A stretch of DNA of 64,000 bases from Camelus ferus. Taxonomy: Eukaryota. A program made the position numbers and the translations under genes. Positions 13,706 through 26,665 of this stretch are shown here, piece after piece (positions within the stretch are counted from its first letter, which is position 1; every line of letters begins with the position of its first letter). Below the pieces are notes generated by a model. That model did no database searches. It worked only from the letters and a program-made list of their open reading frames with translations, and was not told the DNA's origin. The stretch is taken from positions 31,250,001 through 31,314,000 of the forward strand of contig NC_045697.1 of assembly GCF_009834535.1 (NCBI RefSeq). The letters run 5' to 3'.

Positions 13706-16191
13706 TATTCTGTCCCATAAACTTAAGGAGGAATAAATTGATTACTTGAATAAAAACTTCTTTATTTTATCCCACCACTGACTATATACTTTTTTTAGAA
13801 AAGCCTCAAACTTCTAGCTGTGAACAAATGATAAAACTGGCAAGTAGCATATAATGTTCAAATTGCCACAGTCCCAGCCACAAAGCCCTAGCTTTTTATA
13901 GTAGTTTGAAATCAGTTAACTCCTTTACTCTCATTCTGTAGGTAAGTATATTTGTACATTTACACTGATGTGGATTAGGGTGAAATATAAAAGTAAACTG
14001 TCCACGCAAAAGAATAGCCATATCGAATGAGAGTAGACACTAGCCTTAGAGCGGAAACAACTTATCTGCTGGTCCAGTACTAACACGAGATACAAAGGTC
14101 CAGAGTGCAACTATGACATGAGTTTGACTCTGATCTTTAAATCTTTTCGGATAATAAGCTCTTGACGATCAGTAGTGGTATCTCCATAGTTCCTTCTAGA
14201 ACGATTCTAGTATCACAAATGAGGACACGGCAGTATTCAGCCATGCAATTAGTGTACAAAGAACGGCTGCAGCCTACAAACCCTTTCATCAGTGGAGGGA
14301 GTTCCCTGCTGAAGGAAGAGGAAACATTGATTTGGCTAAAGATCTTAGACAGTTGAGGGCTGAAGCCTAATCTGTTTAAGAGGAGGGACTCAGCTTCTTT
14401 CCTTTTGACAGTTTTAATCACATTAAACTCTTCCAACTTACATTTAAATGTTGTAAGTTTGTTGTTAGACTTAAATGAGATATTATAGATAAAATCAGTA
14501 TTATTTTATATATTTGAGACATACATATAAAAGTGAGGTATTTAAATATATTACATATAAAACCCTTAAACAGTGACTGTTATGTAATAAATCCTCAATA
14601 GATGTGAAATATCATTATTATTTTATATATGTCTCTGTGCCATAAAATGTAATATGAAGACTAGAATAACACTGGGCTCAGTAAAGCACTGCATGACACT
14701 CAAATGATACATGAAACATATATATATATATTTTTTTCCTACGTGTTCATATAAGAAGACAATTTGAAATAATCAGTACTTTTTTTGCAGGTGGGATGAA
14801 ATACTTTGAGAGAGGGGGATAAAATGATTCTAAAGATCAGAGCTGAGTATAAATCTTAAAATAAAACTGAAACGTGGAATGATTTGGATTATATAGGGCA
14901 CAAAATCAGTGTAAAAAGCTGTAATTAAGTTTTATAACAGATTTAAAACATGCTCAGGGCAGCATGAGGGATTTTGTAATGGTCCCTTTTGTTACGAAAT
15001 GGGCACAAAATGTAAAATCAGGTGTCATGGTGCTCTGGTTGCTGGGAGGATGGTGTCCAATTATCCTCACCCATTACTAGGAGGCTGAGTGGGGTAAAAC
15101 GTTATGCATCGTGCAGCGGCTGCTTGCAAGGTCCAAAGTGACAGTCCTGTCAGAGAGTCAAAGCCTACTTCCCCTTCCGGCGGACACTGAAACACTGAAA
15201 GGAATCAAGAAGAGTTCAATTTTTCAAGAAGACTTGATGAAAGTGATGATCTATTGGAAAGAAATAACGGATGCTTCAGAGGTCAGCATCATTCTGTTTG
15301 TTACAGCGTCTTTTAAACTGTGCTCTCTGCAGCTGCCTCTTTTTCTTGAAATCTGCTTTCTCATAGCTTCCCTTGAATCCTTTCTCCCGCTTAGACAGAT
15401 TCAAACCTTTCCCAAGTTTTTAAGCCAATCTGCAAAGGAGCAATGTGGAAATGATTGTAAAAAATCATCTTTTCTAAAGAACGGATGAGGACTTGACATT
15501 AAATCCTATGCTCAGCTCTAGAAGCCTATGGCCTGATGCTTGTTCTGGGGTTACTAGGTTTGTACCCTGAATCTCCTCTTCTGTGTGTCTGATCTCAGGG
15601 TTTCATAAATTCAGTATCTGATCTCAACTACCCATTTCTTCAATGAGTAGAATCTGACTTTTTCCTAGAAGCTAGTTTAAAGCTATTTGCTTCTCCTGAA
15701 ACAAATGTACCACTTTTACTAAGAGCTATGATGCACCCACTGGTTTTTACTGAGACCCGTGTACAGCTGGCTTACAGGTAGTTGCTGGCCACCCTTTGAG
15801 ACATGAGGTCCCGCCTTTATGGCTCAGTCTTTTGGTGTCTGCTGCATTACAAGTATTATCTATGATGATTGTCGCAGTTCTATGATCTGAATTCCCTGCT
15901 TCCCTACCCCGTCTGCTGACTACCTCTGTCAATTTCTAAATCAATAGATTATTGGTGTCCCGTGAGCACTGTTTTTTTACTCTATTGGAATCAAGACAAT
16001 TGCCCGTGGTAGTTCTTTGTCTTCACTCCACATTCCCAGTTCGGTCCACTCACATACCAAACACACTATATACCTTAGCTACTCAATTTAAGACATTTGC
16101 AATTTCTGTTTTCACATTTAATGTACTTCTTAGTGCTGTTGAGCAAAAAGCCATAGTGATAAACCAATAGCTTTATTTTTGTTTGTTTTCT

Positions 16192-17098
16192 TTTTTCCTT
16201 TTTCTTTTTTTAATGAAATACAGTCCATTTACAATATTGTATTAGTCTCTGGTATACAGCTTAGTGATTCAGTTATACATACACATGCATACACATATAT
16301 ACGTATATATATTCTTTATTCTTTTTCATTATAGATTACTACAAGATATTGAATATAGTTTCCTGTGCCATACAGTATGAACTTGTTGTTTATCTATTTT
16401 GTATATAGTAGTATCTAAAAATCTCGAACTCCTGATTTATCCCTTCTTACCCTCTTTCCCTCTGGTAACCATAAATTTGTTTTCTATGCCTGTGAGTCTG
16501 TTTCTGTTTTGTAAATAAGTTTATTTGTGTCTTTTTTTTTTTTTTTAGATTCCACATATAAGTGATATCGTATGGTATTTTTCCTTCTCTTTCTGGCTTA
16601 CTTCACTTAGAATGACAATCTCCAGGTCCATCCATGTTGCTGCAAGTGGCATTATTTTATTATTATTTATGGCTGAGTAGTATCCATTGTAGAAATATAC
16701 CACAATGTTTTAGCCAATCATCTGTCAATGAACATTTAAGTTGTTTCTGTGTCTTGGCTATTGTAAATAGTGCTGCTATGAACATTGGGGTGCACTTATA
16801 TTTTCAAATTAAAGTTCCCCCAGGATGTATGCCCAGGAATGGGATTGCTGGATCATATGGTAAGTCTATTTTTAGTCTTTTGAGGAACCTCCATACTGTC
16901 CTCCATAATGGCTGCACCAAACAACATTCCCACTAACAGTGTGGGAGAGCTGCCTTTTCTCCACACCCTCTCCAGCATTTATCATTTGTGGGCTTTTTAA
17001 TGATGGCCATTCTGACTGGTGTGAGGTGATACCTCATAGTAGTTTTGACTTGTATTTCTCTGATAATTAGCAATATTGAACTTATTTTCATGTGCCTA
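16192..17098 (-). mobile_element. Lineage-type (camelid/artiodactyl) L1 3' end, 5'-truncated, with TSD
   Basis: T-rich tail at left, antisense 3' UTR and ORF2 end; closely similar to the L1s at 24.8, 35.1 and 51.0 kb. Flanked by tttttgtttgttttct (16176-16191) and tttttatttgttttct (17099-17114), 15/16 identical. Confidence 0.95.
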
Positions 17099-17783
17099 TT
17101 TTTATTTGTTTTCTAATTAAAATATGCTTGTATATTTCAGCCAAATGAAAGACTGCATTTGTTAACTTGTTTAACTGAGCAAAATATATTCCATATGAAA
17201 TAATTGAGTCCTTATATAAAATTCTTTTTAAGAATGGGATTAGTCAATGATGCTAATCAGGGCAAAAGAAAACAAATATGGATAATTGAAACCCAGAGAT
17301 AATCTGCACACTCTGCCTTTGGTAAATAGCTTCTTTTTTTTTTTTTTTTAACTGAGCACCAACCATGCCAGAGTGACTAATGCATAATCAAGTGAGCTGA
17401 TGGGAATTTTTCCTCTTATCTTCTCCATTATTTGATAAAAAATAATAATAAACACAAAATTCACCAGCAGAAGATGGGGTGGCAGGGGCGGGGGTTGGGG
17501 GAAGAAAAGAAATCGTCCTAGATAAGTAAGAACTGACCGTTTCTTGTTTCTACCAGTATTGCCCTGAGAAGTTTGATGAAGGAGATAGCAACCTCGTTAA
17601 CCAGACTCACGAGAAGTGGTGCAGGAACCTGCCCTACGGATTGACACGGGGATAATTCTTTACCTGTTGCAACAGGAAAGCCAGGCATCATCCTCTTATC
17701 CAATGGGCCCCACAGGTCAGTCCAGCCTGTGACCTGAGACTGTTGTTTGGACTGAAGATGTGCAGGGCAGATCCCTGGACAGG

Positions 17784-18293
17784 TATGACAGACTGTGTTT
17801 TTCAAAAAGGTCAACGTGGTATTCCAGTCACACATGCTCTTGCAGAAACTTGCCACGCGCAATCAAGAGGTAGAGTCCATCTTCTCTCCCTTTGAAACTG
17901 GGCAGGCTTGTGACTGCTCTGACCAGCGCAGTCCAGCAGAAGTGATGCTTTGTGTCTCATGTTACAGCTTCAGTCTGGCTGGCTCTTTCTGTTCCACCCA
18001 CCCTTGGGACCCAGACCAAATATCGTGAGGAAAACCAAGCAGCCTGCCGGCACCCTATCGAGGGCTCTTCAGGCAACAGTCCCAGCTAACGGGTTTGACT
18101 CAGCCTTTGTAATACTATCCCAAGCCCCCAGCTCTGAGACTGCAGAGGGCCTCAGACATCCTGGGGCAGAGCTAATCCCTTCCCGCTGTGTCCTGTCTGA
18201 TTCCTGATTCACGGAATCCATGAGCATAATAAATGGCATTTTTCTGCCCTGAGTTTTGGGATAATTTGTTTTTCAGCCATAGTAACTGGAACA
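17784..18293 (+). mobile_element. MLT1G/H-type MaLR solo LTR
   Basis: tatgacagactgtgtttttcaaaaaggtc...cacatgctctt...atcaagaggtagagtc...tgtgactgctctgacca...cagaagtgatgc...gaatccatgagcataataaatgg...gtaactggaaca. Confidence 0.85.
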
Positions 18294-18456
18294 ACAAGTC
18301 TTCATTGGCTGCTTCCTAAAGAAGCCTAATTAGTCTCACATACACCGCTGTGTCATATGTAATGTGCATGTGGAAATGAAACAAACCAAAACCAGGGCGT
18401 GATTTCTCTTCTCTCCTCTAGCTGGAAAGCCAGATATACTTTCAAATTTTAGTTAA

Positions 18457-18791
18457 CAAATAGCATACGTGGAATCTAAAAGATGATACAAGTGAACTGA
18501 TTTACAAAACAGAAACATACTTACAGAGGTAGAAAACAACCTTGTGGTTGCCAGAGGTGGCAGGGAGGGATAAATTAGGACTTCCCAATTAACAGATACG
18601 AACTACTTATACAGAATAGATACACTACAGAGTCCTATGGTATAGTACAGGGAACTATACGCAATATCCTGTGATAAACCATAATGGAAAGAATGTGAAA
18701 AAGAATATATAGGTGTGTAACTGAATCACTGTGCTGCACACCAGAAACTAACACAACATTGTGAATCAACTATACTTCAATAAAAAAAAAA
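18457..18791 (+). mobile_element. Artiodactyl-type L1 3' UTR fragment with poly(A) tail and TSD
   Basis: tggaatctaaaagatgatacaagtgaac...acagggaactata...acaccagaaactaacacaacattgtgaatcaactatacttcaataaaaa. TSD aaattttagttaa (18444-18456) / aaaatttagttaa (18792-18804). Confidence 0.92.
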
Positions 18792-18899
18792 AAAATTTAG
18801 TTAAGGCTTCTGTGGTTTGTGTCACAATTTGAAAGTTCTCATCCATTCTGAAATTGATAAATTCAGTTTTATAAAACTTTCCAATTTCTACAAGGCAAA

Positions 18900-19249
18900 T
18901 TCAAAAGAAAAATGATTAACTGAGGGTAAAAACATATACAACTCACTTTATATAAGGGTAACTTCCTTGATTTATGTTGCTCCTCCAAATCAATAAGAAA
19001 CAACCAGATGGAAAATTGGGAACAAATACATACAGAAAATTCAGAAAAAGGGAAATTAAAAAATTTTTTTAAAACATGAGAAGAGACTTAACTCACTCAT
19101 AATCAAAGAAATACAAATTAAACTGAGATATGGAATTTTTTTCCCACATAAGATTGGAAAAGATCAAAAGTTCAGTAACATGTTGGTAAGGGTGTGAGGA
19201 CATAGGCATTCTTATATTTTCTAGGGCAGTTCAGGTAAGAACAATTGCA

Positions 19250-19284
<35 letters not shown>

Positions 19285-19760
19285 GATGTATATATAAGGT
19301 TGTTCACTATAGTATTGCTTGTAATGGCAAAAGATTGAGAACTACCAAATACTCTTCAATTGAAGCTTGGATCTATAAATTTATTGTTATGATAGAATAG
19401 TACATAACCAAATTTAAAAGCAAATGAGAAAGTTCTTTATGCACTGATCAAGCGATATACAAAATATCAGAATTAAGTGAAAAAGCAAGCTGCAAAACTT
19501 TGTTTTGCTTTTTACAATGCTGGGGTAAAATTCGTTTAAATTATATATATGTAGATATGCCTGTATATGTGCACATATATACTTACTTATATATTCATAG
19601 AATATTCCTGGAAGGATAGACAATAACCATTAGCTTGGTTGCCTCTGGAGAGGGAAGCTGAACAACTGGGAAGAAAGGTAAAAGGCAGAATTTCTACTCT
19701 TTCACATTTCTGTAACTTACTTATAAGTATATTATCTATTTTTAAATAAATGCAATAAAG
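18900..19760 (+). mobile_element. Ancient L1ME-type 3' relic containing a (CA)n repeat
   Basis: aactcactcataatcaaagaaatacaaattaaaactgagata...agattggaaaagatcaaaag...tgttggtaagggtgtgagg...gtaatggcaaaagattg...ggttgcctctggagaggg; (AC)n at 19257-19284. Confidence 0.8.
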
Positions 19761-20627
19761 TATTTTAACAATTCTGATTCAACGCGATCATAATGAATTT
19801 GTTTATGTAATTGTATCTCTTGCCATTCTAGGAGCATCCAGGTTTTACTCCTCTAAATGCCCAGCGCTTTCTGACACCTTAGCTGAGAGCAGGCATTCCT
19901 GCATTTATGGAGGGAACGCAAGGTGGCCTCTGGTGAGCAGGATGACGCAGCCACAGTCTTCTGTGCTAAAGGGATGCAGGAGATGTGAAGGAGAAATTCC
20001 TCACGGCAGCCTTTGGGGGGCTTCCAGGAAGACCTGACGTTTAAGCTGGTCCTCCGCTCCACGAAAGGGAAAATACACATAGGATTCGGGGTGGGGCGGG
20101 AGGGCTTTACCAGAACGAGAGAGAAAAATGGCTGCTGGGAAATTTGAGGAGACTGTGATGACTGAAGCAGGCTTGCTAGAAGGGGAGAGACTATACAGTT
20201 AAGCAATAAGATCAAGGGTGGCCTTCATTTTGTGAGCCTGAATGGGGAACATCAGCTGTTTATCTAGTTAGTGCAAAGGCCCTGGCTGTCAAAACAAAGC
20301 TCGATACGTCTGAAATGACTGATGGCTAATTGAATCAGGTGGGTGCTTCCCACTCTAATTCTTTAGCACTTCACCAACCAAGTCACCATATGTGGCTCCC
20401 ATGACAGATGCTAGCTGCCAGGAATAGCGAAATGTATCTCCAAGAAACAATCGTTAGTGCTACAGTGCAAATTTGAAAGCCATTCTGTCGGCCTCTGAGG
20501 ATAAAAAATGGGTATCATGGTCTGATATTTTTAAATAGATGAATTCAGTTTATATTTACATTTTACGTCTCTCTCTACATACACAAATTAGCAGTTATAA
20601 TATTCACATCTGGTGTTTATACAGTGC

Positions 20628-20800
20628 AGAGAGTCCCCCACCTTGCAGTTGTCACCCAGAAGCTCATTTGTGAATTTGTTATTTTCCCATAGAAGTAATG
20701 CTGTAAATGATACCCAGATCATCAGGCCGGTCTGCAGAAATTAATTTAAGCCTCATGTTCCTGAAGTTTTATAAGGAGGGCATTCTTTTAATTCTATATC
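20628..20800. mobile_element. Possible ancient TcMar-Tigger-type DNA transposon relic
   Basis: cagagagtccccca...attttcccatagaagtaatgctgtaaatg...caggccggtctgcagaaa...atttaagcc resembles old Tigger-like ends; very diverged. Confidence 0.35.
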
Positions 20801-20974
20801 AATATTAAGCATCATTCTGCATGTGTGTCTGAGAAAATACACTGCAATGATAGGAACTTATTTCTTCCTGTATCACAATAGAGGGGGATAAAGATATCAG
20901 CTTCTCAGCCTGAGCAAGTTCTTAATCCCCTGCTGTTTCTACCTCTCTACTGTGCACAGTGAAGATTCTAGTAT

Positions 20975-21180
20975 AGTGGTGTTATACTCCAGGGTTCACG
21001 GCTTTGACACCAGAAAGTCTTGGGTTCAAATCCAACCTCTGCCAACGATTTGCAATGTCTCTTGATAAGTTAGTCAACTTGCTACCTCAGGTGCTTCATC
21101 TGTAAAATGAAGATAAATCTGCCTGCTTTAACCATCTTTGTGAGCATGAAATGCCATTGGATGCACACAAAGCAGAGGCA
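20975..21180 (+). mobile_element. MIR SINE
   Basis: ggctttgacaccagaaagtcttgggttcaaatccaacctctgcca...ttgataagttagtcaac...cctcaggtgcttcatctgtaaaatgaagataa core. Confidence 0.85.
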
Positions 21181-21249
21181 GAATAGTATAGTGTTCTGTT
21201 GGTACAGAAGGCTTAGCTGTGCCACCTGGGTTCACGTGTTTGACCTAAA

Positions 21250-21620
21250 TGCTTGTACCTGGGTTCAAGCATCTGCCCCGTCTGTTTGGCCTTGGGCTTG
21301 CAACTTACCCCAGTGGCTTTCAGATTGTGCTGTATATTAGAATCATCTGGGAAGATTAAACAATTCCTGCTTCATAAACCCCACCCCACATCAGTTAAAT
21401 AAAAAATTCACCAGATAAGACTCAGATTTCAGCATTTTTAATCCCTCTTCCCTCAGGGGATTCCAGGGTACCTCTAAGTGTAGCTTCTGTTCTTCATCTG
21501 TACAGTGAGGGGTTTATAGTTTCTATCTCTCAGTGGAGTTAGGGGATCGGAAAAAATAATGCAGGTGAAGCATTGAGCACAGTGCCCGGCACATAGTAAA
21601 TGCCCGATAGAGTTTTAGTC
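21250..21620 (+). mobile_element. MIR SINE interrupted by a MER5A (21311-~21470)
   Basis: MIR 5' part (ctgggttcaag...ccttgggc...acttaccc), then cagtggctttca...attagaatcatctgggaag...ccccacccca...cagcattttt (MER5A), then MIR core and 3' part (cttcatctgtacagtgagg...gcacagtgcccggcacatagtaaatgc). Confidence 0.8.
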
Positions 21621-22014
21621 TTATTCTATAAAGTGACTGTGACTCTGAAATTGATCAACACATCTGTGCGTTTCAGAAAACTGAGTGGCTGTGTACTGTT
21701 CCAGTTTTCCCCTGAACTTTGTGTTCTCTGTGCCCTGGGTCATCGGTCATAGTTTTCTTGTTGAATAAAACTGTAGTCTGTGGGAAAAGGATGAACACCT
21801 TGGGTTCCAAAACTAGATCTTCCCCTAAATGGCCTTGTAATTTTGGCCAAAGTTTTAAATCTGTCTGTGCCAGTTTTCTCTGTATTTCCCAGAGAATCTA
21901 GCTCATTAGTACATGCACGCTTGAAAGGAAAGAAAGGCATTGCCAGGCTCAGGGAGACAGGACAAATACATATCCAGGACCCTGTGACCCTCTCGGTCTT
22001 TTCTGGCAATAATT

Positions 22015-22448
22015 GCTGTTGTTTGGGATAGAATGAATGTATTTGCCAGTGATAGAGACATGGATTTTGGGGGCCAGGGGTGGAATGCTATAAACTGAGT
22101 GTTTGTGTCCTGCCCCCTAATTCATATGTTGACATCCTCACCTTCAATGTCTTAGGAGGTGAGACCTTTAGGAGGTAATTAGGTCATGAAAGTGTAGCCC
22201 TCATAAATGGGGTTAATGCTTTTGTAAGAGATAGTATAAGTTGCTTTTTCTCTCTCTCCTCCACGTGAGGGCATGGGGAGAAGACGGCCATTTGTGAACC
22301 CGGAAGCAGGTCTTCACTAGACATCGAATCTGCTGGTGACTTGGTCGTCAATTTCTCAACTTCAAGACAGTGAGAAATAAATTTCTGTTGTTTATAAGTT
22401 ACCCAGTCTCACGGTACTTTGTTACAACAGCCCAAACTGACTAAGACA
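22015..22448 (+). mobile_element. MLT1A-type MaLR LTR (22086-22448) with adjacent 3' end of internal sequence
   Basis: Internal end gggatagaatgaatgtatttg...catggattttgggggccaggggtggaa, then LTR ...attcatatgttga...ggtaattaggtcatga...gtgagaaataaatttctgttgtttataag...actgactaagaca. Confidence 0.9.
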
Positions 22449-23134
22449 ACCGTTAATTTCTTTCCTAATTATTTTTTAATCAGACACCTCCCCCAGCCTT
22501 TTTATTATCTTTTCTACTATAAAATATCTCTACTAAAGAGAAATCACTGAGACAGTCTTCCTAAGAGCCTTTTCCTTTAGGGCATGTTTGAAATAAAACG
22601 TTGACATGTGTTCATAACCCATTTGTCTGAAAAGTTGCTTTAACATATTCTTTGTCACTGTATCCAGGTGGTTCCACTGGCGGCCAACTTGCCCCATTCC
22701 ACAAGATTGACAGCAAAGTCAGAGATTCAACGTGGGTATTGGTCCAGCCTCTCATCAGCATTTAATCTAGGAGAGGTTTAATGGGGTTTTCCAAGTTACA
22801 TGCTTTCCAGTTAATTAACTTTGTTGAAGCCCAGATTTATTAGACAGACGTTATTGAGAATTAAGTGTTTTCTTCTTAGGCTTCAGTGGCAGGAGGGGCA
22901 CTGAGACTTCTGCCACAAAAACCCTCAGTTATTAATGATTACAAAAGTCGCAATCATCCCTGTGTGAACCTTTCCCCAGACACTTTCATTGAGAATCTCA
23001 GCCCAGGCAAAAGGTGATGAAATTAAATGTGCAGAGAAGTAGGAAATAGAAGCCAAAAGCTCAAGATGTTGGCTGATTCATGGACGCTAGAAAACTAATT
23101 ATCTTGCCTCCCCATCCCATTATCACTTTCCTCC

Positions 23135-23440
23135 TTCCTTCATTCAACAAGTATTTGTTAAATACATACTGCATACTTGATGATGAGCACGGCACTCTAA
23201 TGCCTCAGTGACTAAGCTGGGTCTGGTCCTGCCTCCACGTTGCATTCTGCCTGGTGGGAAGACAGACACGTAACAAATAATTACAATGACAAAATATAAC
23301 TGAAGGAACCCAACCCGATTTGGGGTTTCTTGTCAAGTCTGCTTGAGAAAGTGCTGTGTAAGCAAATTCGTGATGATTGAGCAGGAGATAAGTGGGTTGC
23401 ACGTGAGGAGGGAAGCATTCTGTTCATGCAAGAGGCTCAG
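23135..23440 (-). mobile_element. L2 LINE 3' fragment
   Basis: ttcattcaacaagtatttgtta...ggtcctgcctcc...tggtgggaagacagacacgtaacaaataattacaat, the antisense L2 3' end. Confidence 0.7.
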
Positions 23441-24302
23441 AAAGGCAGCTCTCAAATGTGACAGCCCAGAGGAAGGAAAACAAATTACAGAGCTTTAAAA
23501 CACCAAAGAGCCACCTGTGCACCTCAGTCTTGATCCTGAAAAGATGGGGTCACCCAGATGCAGATTTTCTGTACATGACCTGCTTTGAAACTCTGAACTA
23601 GAGAGTAGGTGTCTGATATTCCACCCCTAAGCTTTATTCCTTTGGATCAAGGCATTGTTCCCTGAACAGTACTCAAATACACTGTCTTCAGACACAACTG
23701 TCTTTGGCTGTAATTTACTACATTGGGAAGAGTATTTTATGTCTAAAGCTGCACATGCACGGGCTGAAGAAGAAGGGATAGCTCAGGGCACACCCGATGA
23801 ACAGCTGCATCCAGGGTTAAACTGTATGGGGTTTGAAGAAGTAAGAGTTACTAAAAGTTTTATTCTTATTTGGGAAATGTCTTAAGATACATAAAATACA
23901 TAAAATGTTGAAATAAATGTCACCTACCACTACCCAGAATTGATAATCATTAATATGTTGTCATATTTGACATCTTCTTTAAAATGAAAGAAATTAGATG
24001 TTATAAAGCTGATGTTGAATATGCAATCTGTAGCTGAGGAAATACAGCAAGCTAAAGATCAAAGAGTTAAGGTCGAAAAAATTGAGGGTGGAGTTCCTGG
24101 TATTGGGGAGACCAAATGTCCATGTGAGGTAAGGAAAGGAAGAAGAATGATTACAGGAAGTGAAGTGAACACTAATGACCTAGATCAGGAGTCACAACTT
24201 CAAATGTTCAGAAGACAGAAAATTCAAGCAGATAAGTGAAGCTGGTTTAATGTAAAGTGATGGGAGGGTGAGAATGATGGCAAACCACAGATTACGTGGC
24301 CC

Positions 24303-24449
24303 AAGGGGAGGAGGAGGAGAGGGACAAGAAAGAGAAGCAGGAGGAGGGGGAAGAGGAAGAAGACAAGGAGGAGGAAGAGGAGGTGAGGAAACAGAAGGAG
24401 GGGAAGGGAAAAGGGAAGGAATGCAGGGAGGAGGAAGTGGAGGAGGAGG
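24303..24449. repeat. Purine-rich (GGA/GAA) low-complexity tract
   Basis: Almost pure G/A run (gaggaggaga...ggaggaagaggagg...); accounts for the Gly/Glu/Arg-rich and Ser-rich ORFs 24268-24465 and 24292-24564. Confidence 0.95.
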
Positions 24450-24777
24450 CTGGTCCAGAGTTTAATCTCTGATGTTCTGTTTGGAATCTCTGATTAAGGC
24501 AAGACTGAGTGGAGAGAGAAAAGGTAGGAGCAAGAGAAATTGCCAGGCAGCGTGCTACTGACATTCATGGTTCATAGCCAAGGCTGAGTCTCTTTGTCGC
24601 CTTATATGAACTTAAAGTCTAGAAACCATGAGAAACACCTGACCTCACATCAGGCAGTGGCATCTTGGTGGGTATGACTCCTTCAGATCACTGACCAGTG
24701 CTGCTTCAGCCTACTGAGAGCTGAGCCTTCCAGGAATGAGTCAACAGCACCACTAGACTTTGAAATCAAGAAAGAGG

Positions 24778-26208
24778 CCACACAGCTATGGTTAATCTTC
24801 AACAAAGGAGCCAAGAATATACAATGGAGTAAAAACAGTCTCTTTGACAAGTGGTGTTGGGAAAGCTGGACAGCTTCCTGTAAATCAATGAAGTTAGAAC
24901 ACTCCCTCACACCATACACAAAAATAAACTCAAAATGACTTAAAGACTTAAACATAAGATAAGACACCATAAATGTTCTAGAAGAGAACATAGGGAAAAC
25001 ATTCTTTAATATAAATTGCAGCAATGTTCTCCTAGGGCAGTATATCTAGGCAATAGAAATAAAAGCAAAAATCAACAAATGGGACCTAGTTAAACTTATA
25101 AGCTTTTGCACAGCAAGGGAAACAATAAATAAAACAGAAAAACAACCTACAGACATGGGAGAAAATATCTGCAAATGATGCAATTGACAAGACTTTATTT
25201 CCAGAATATATAAACAGCTCATACAACTCAGTAACAAAAAACAAACAGCACGATCCAAAAGTGAGCAGAAGACCTAAACAAATATTTCTTCAATGAAGAC
25301 ATACAAATGGCCAAAAGGCACATGAAAAGATGCTCAATATTGCTAATTATCAGAGAAATGTAAACAAAAACATCAATGAGGTATCACCTCACATCAGTCA
25401 GAGTGGCCATCATTAAAAAGTCCATAAAGGATAAATGCTGGAGAGGGTGAGGAGAAAAGGGAGCCCTCTTACACTGTTGCTGGGAATGTAGTTTGGTGCA
25501 GCCTTTATGGAAAACAGTATGGAGATTCCCTAAAAAACTGAAAATAGACTTACAAAATGAACCAGCAATCCCATTCCTGGACATACATCCTGAGGGAATG
25601 CTAATTTGAAAAGATACATGCACTCCAATATTCATAACAGCACTATTTACAACAGCCAAGACATGGAAACAACCTAAATGTCCATCAACAGGTGATTGGA
25701 TAAAGAAGCTGTGGTATATTGATACATTGGAATACTACACAGCCATAACAAAAGAATAAAATAATGCCACTTGCAGCAACATGGATCAGCCTGGAGATCA
25801 TCATACTAAGTGAAGTTGGCCAGAAAGAGAAAGAAAAATACCGTATGATATCACTTATATGTGGAATCTAAAAAAATGACACAAATAAACTTATTTACAA
25901 AACAGAAACAGACACACAGACATAGAGAACAAACTAATGGTCACCAGAAAGGAGAGGGGAGAGTAGAGGGATAAACTGAGAGTTTGGGATTTGCAGATAC
26001 TAACTACTATATATAAAACAGATAAATAACAAAGTCCTACTGTAGAGCATAGGTGACTAAACCCAGTACTTTGCAATAGCCTATAATAAAAAAGAATATA
26101 TATCTATATATCTGAATCACTATACTGTACACTAGAAATTAACACAACATTGGAAACCCACTATACTTCAATAAAAAGATACATAAATAAAAAATAAAAC
26201 ATGTAAAA
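24778..26208 (+). mobile_element. Lineage-type L1, ~1.4 kb 3' portion (decayed ORF2 C-terminus plus 3' UTR)
   Basis: Classic ORF2 3' sequence (ttcaacaaaggagccaagaatatacaatgg...aaaataaactcaaaatg...atgctggagagggtg), 3' UTR and A-rich tail. Short aaagagg direct repeat at 24771-24777 and 26209-26215. Confidence 0.97.
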
Positions 26209-26499
26209 AAAGAGGTTCACAGTCCTAGAATGTTACCCCAGAAGGGACACTGAACAGTTTCTCATTGATAGTATTCAGGGTAACCAGAGCCATTAGTCTA
26301 CTGGGCACTTGGGAAGGTGTCCTCCCCAAAAAGGAGATGGGGGGTGGGGAGAGGAGAGGAGAGGAAGGCAGAAGAGGAGACAGAATAGGCTAGAACAAAG
26401 GTGAAAGGGATCCCAAGGCAAAGCTCCTTAACCTAAAATAAGGGACTTCACACAAAAAAGATCACTAGATGTTTTGCCAAAGTGAGTCGGCTGGTATTT

Positions 26500-26665
26500 G
26501 GGCCCTGCGACTACCTAGATGTTCTTCTTGGGCTAGTTGTTTAAGCTCCCTGTGCCTCAGTTTTCTTATGCCTAAAATGGCATAATAAACATCTCATGGA
26601 TTCAACACAAAAATTCATTATGATCACATGGATGAAACAGCTCTAAACGCCCTAAAGTGCTGTAA
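26500..26665 (+). mobile_element. MIR SINE fragment
   Basis: cttgggctagttgtttaagctccctgtgcctcagttttcttatgcctaaaatggcataataa core. Confidence 0.65.

Noticed and set aside
16634..16936. 100-aa ORF and similar ORFs at 821-1075, 24683-26076, 35045-35332 and 51458-51721
   Set aside because: These are antisense or fragmentary frames of L1 ORF2 and 3' UTR, not host genes.
24268..24564. Gly/Glu-rich and Ser-rich ORFs
   Set aside because: Translations of a purine-rich low-complexity tract.
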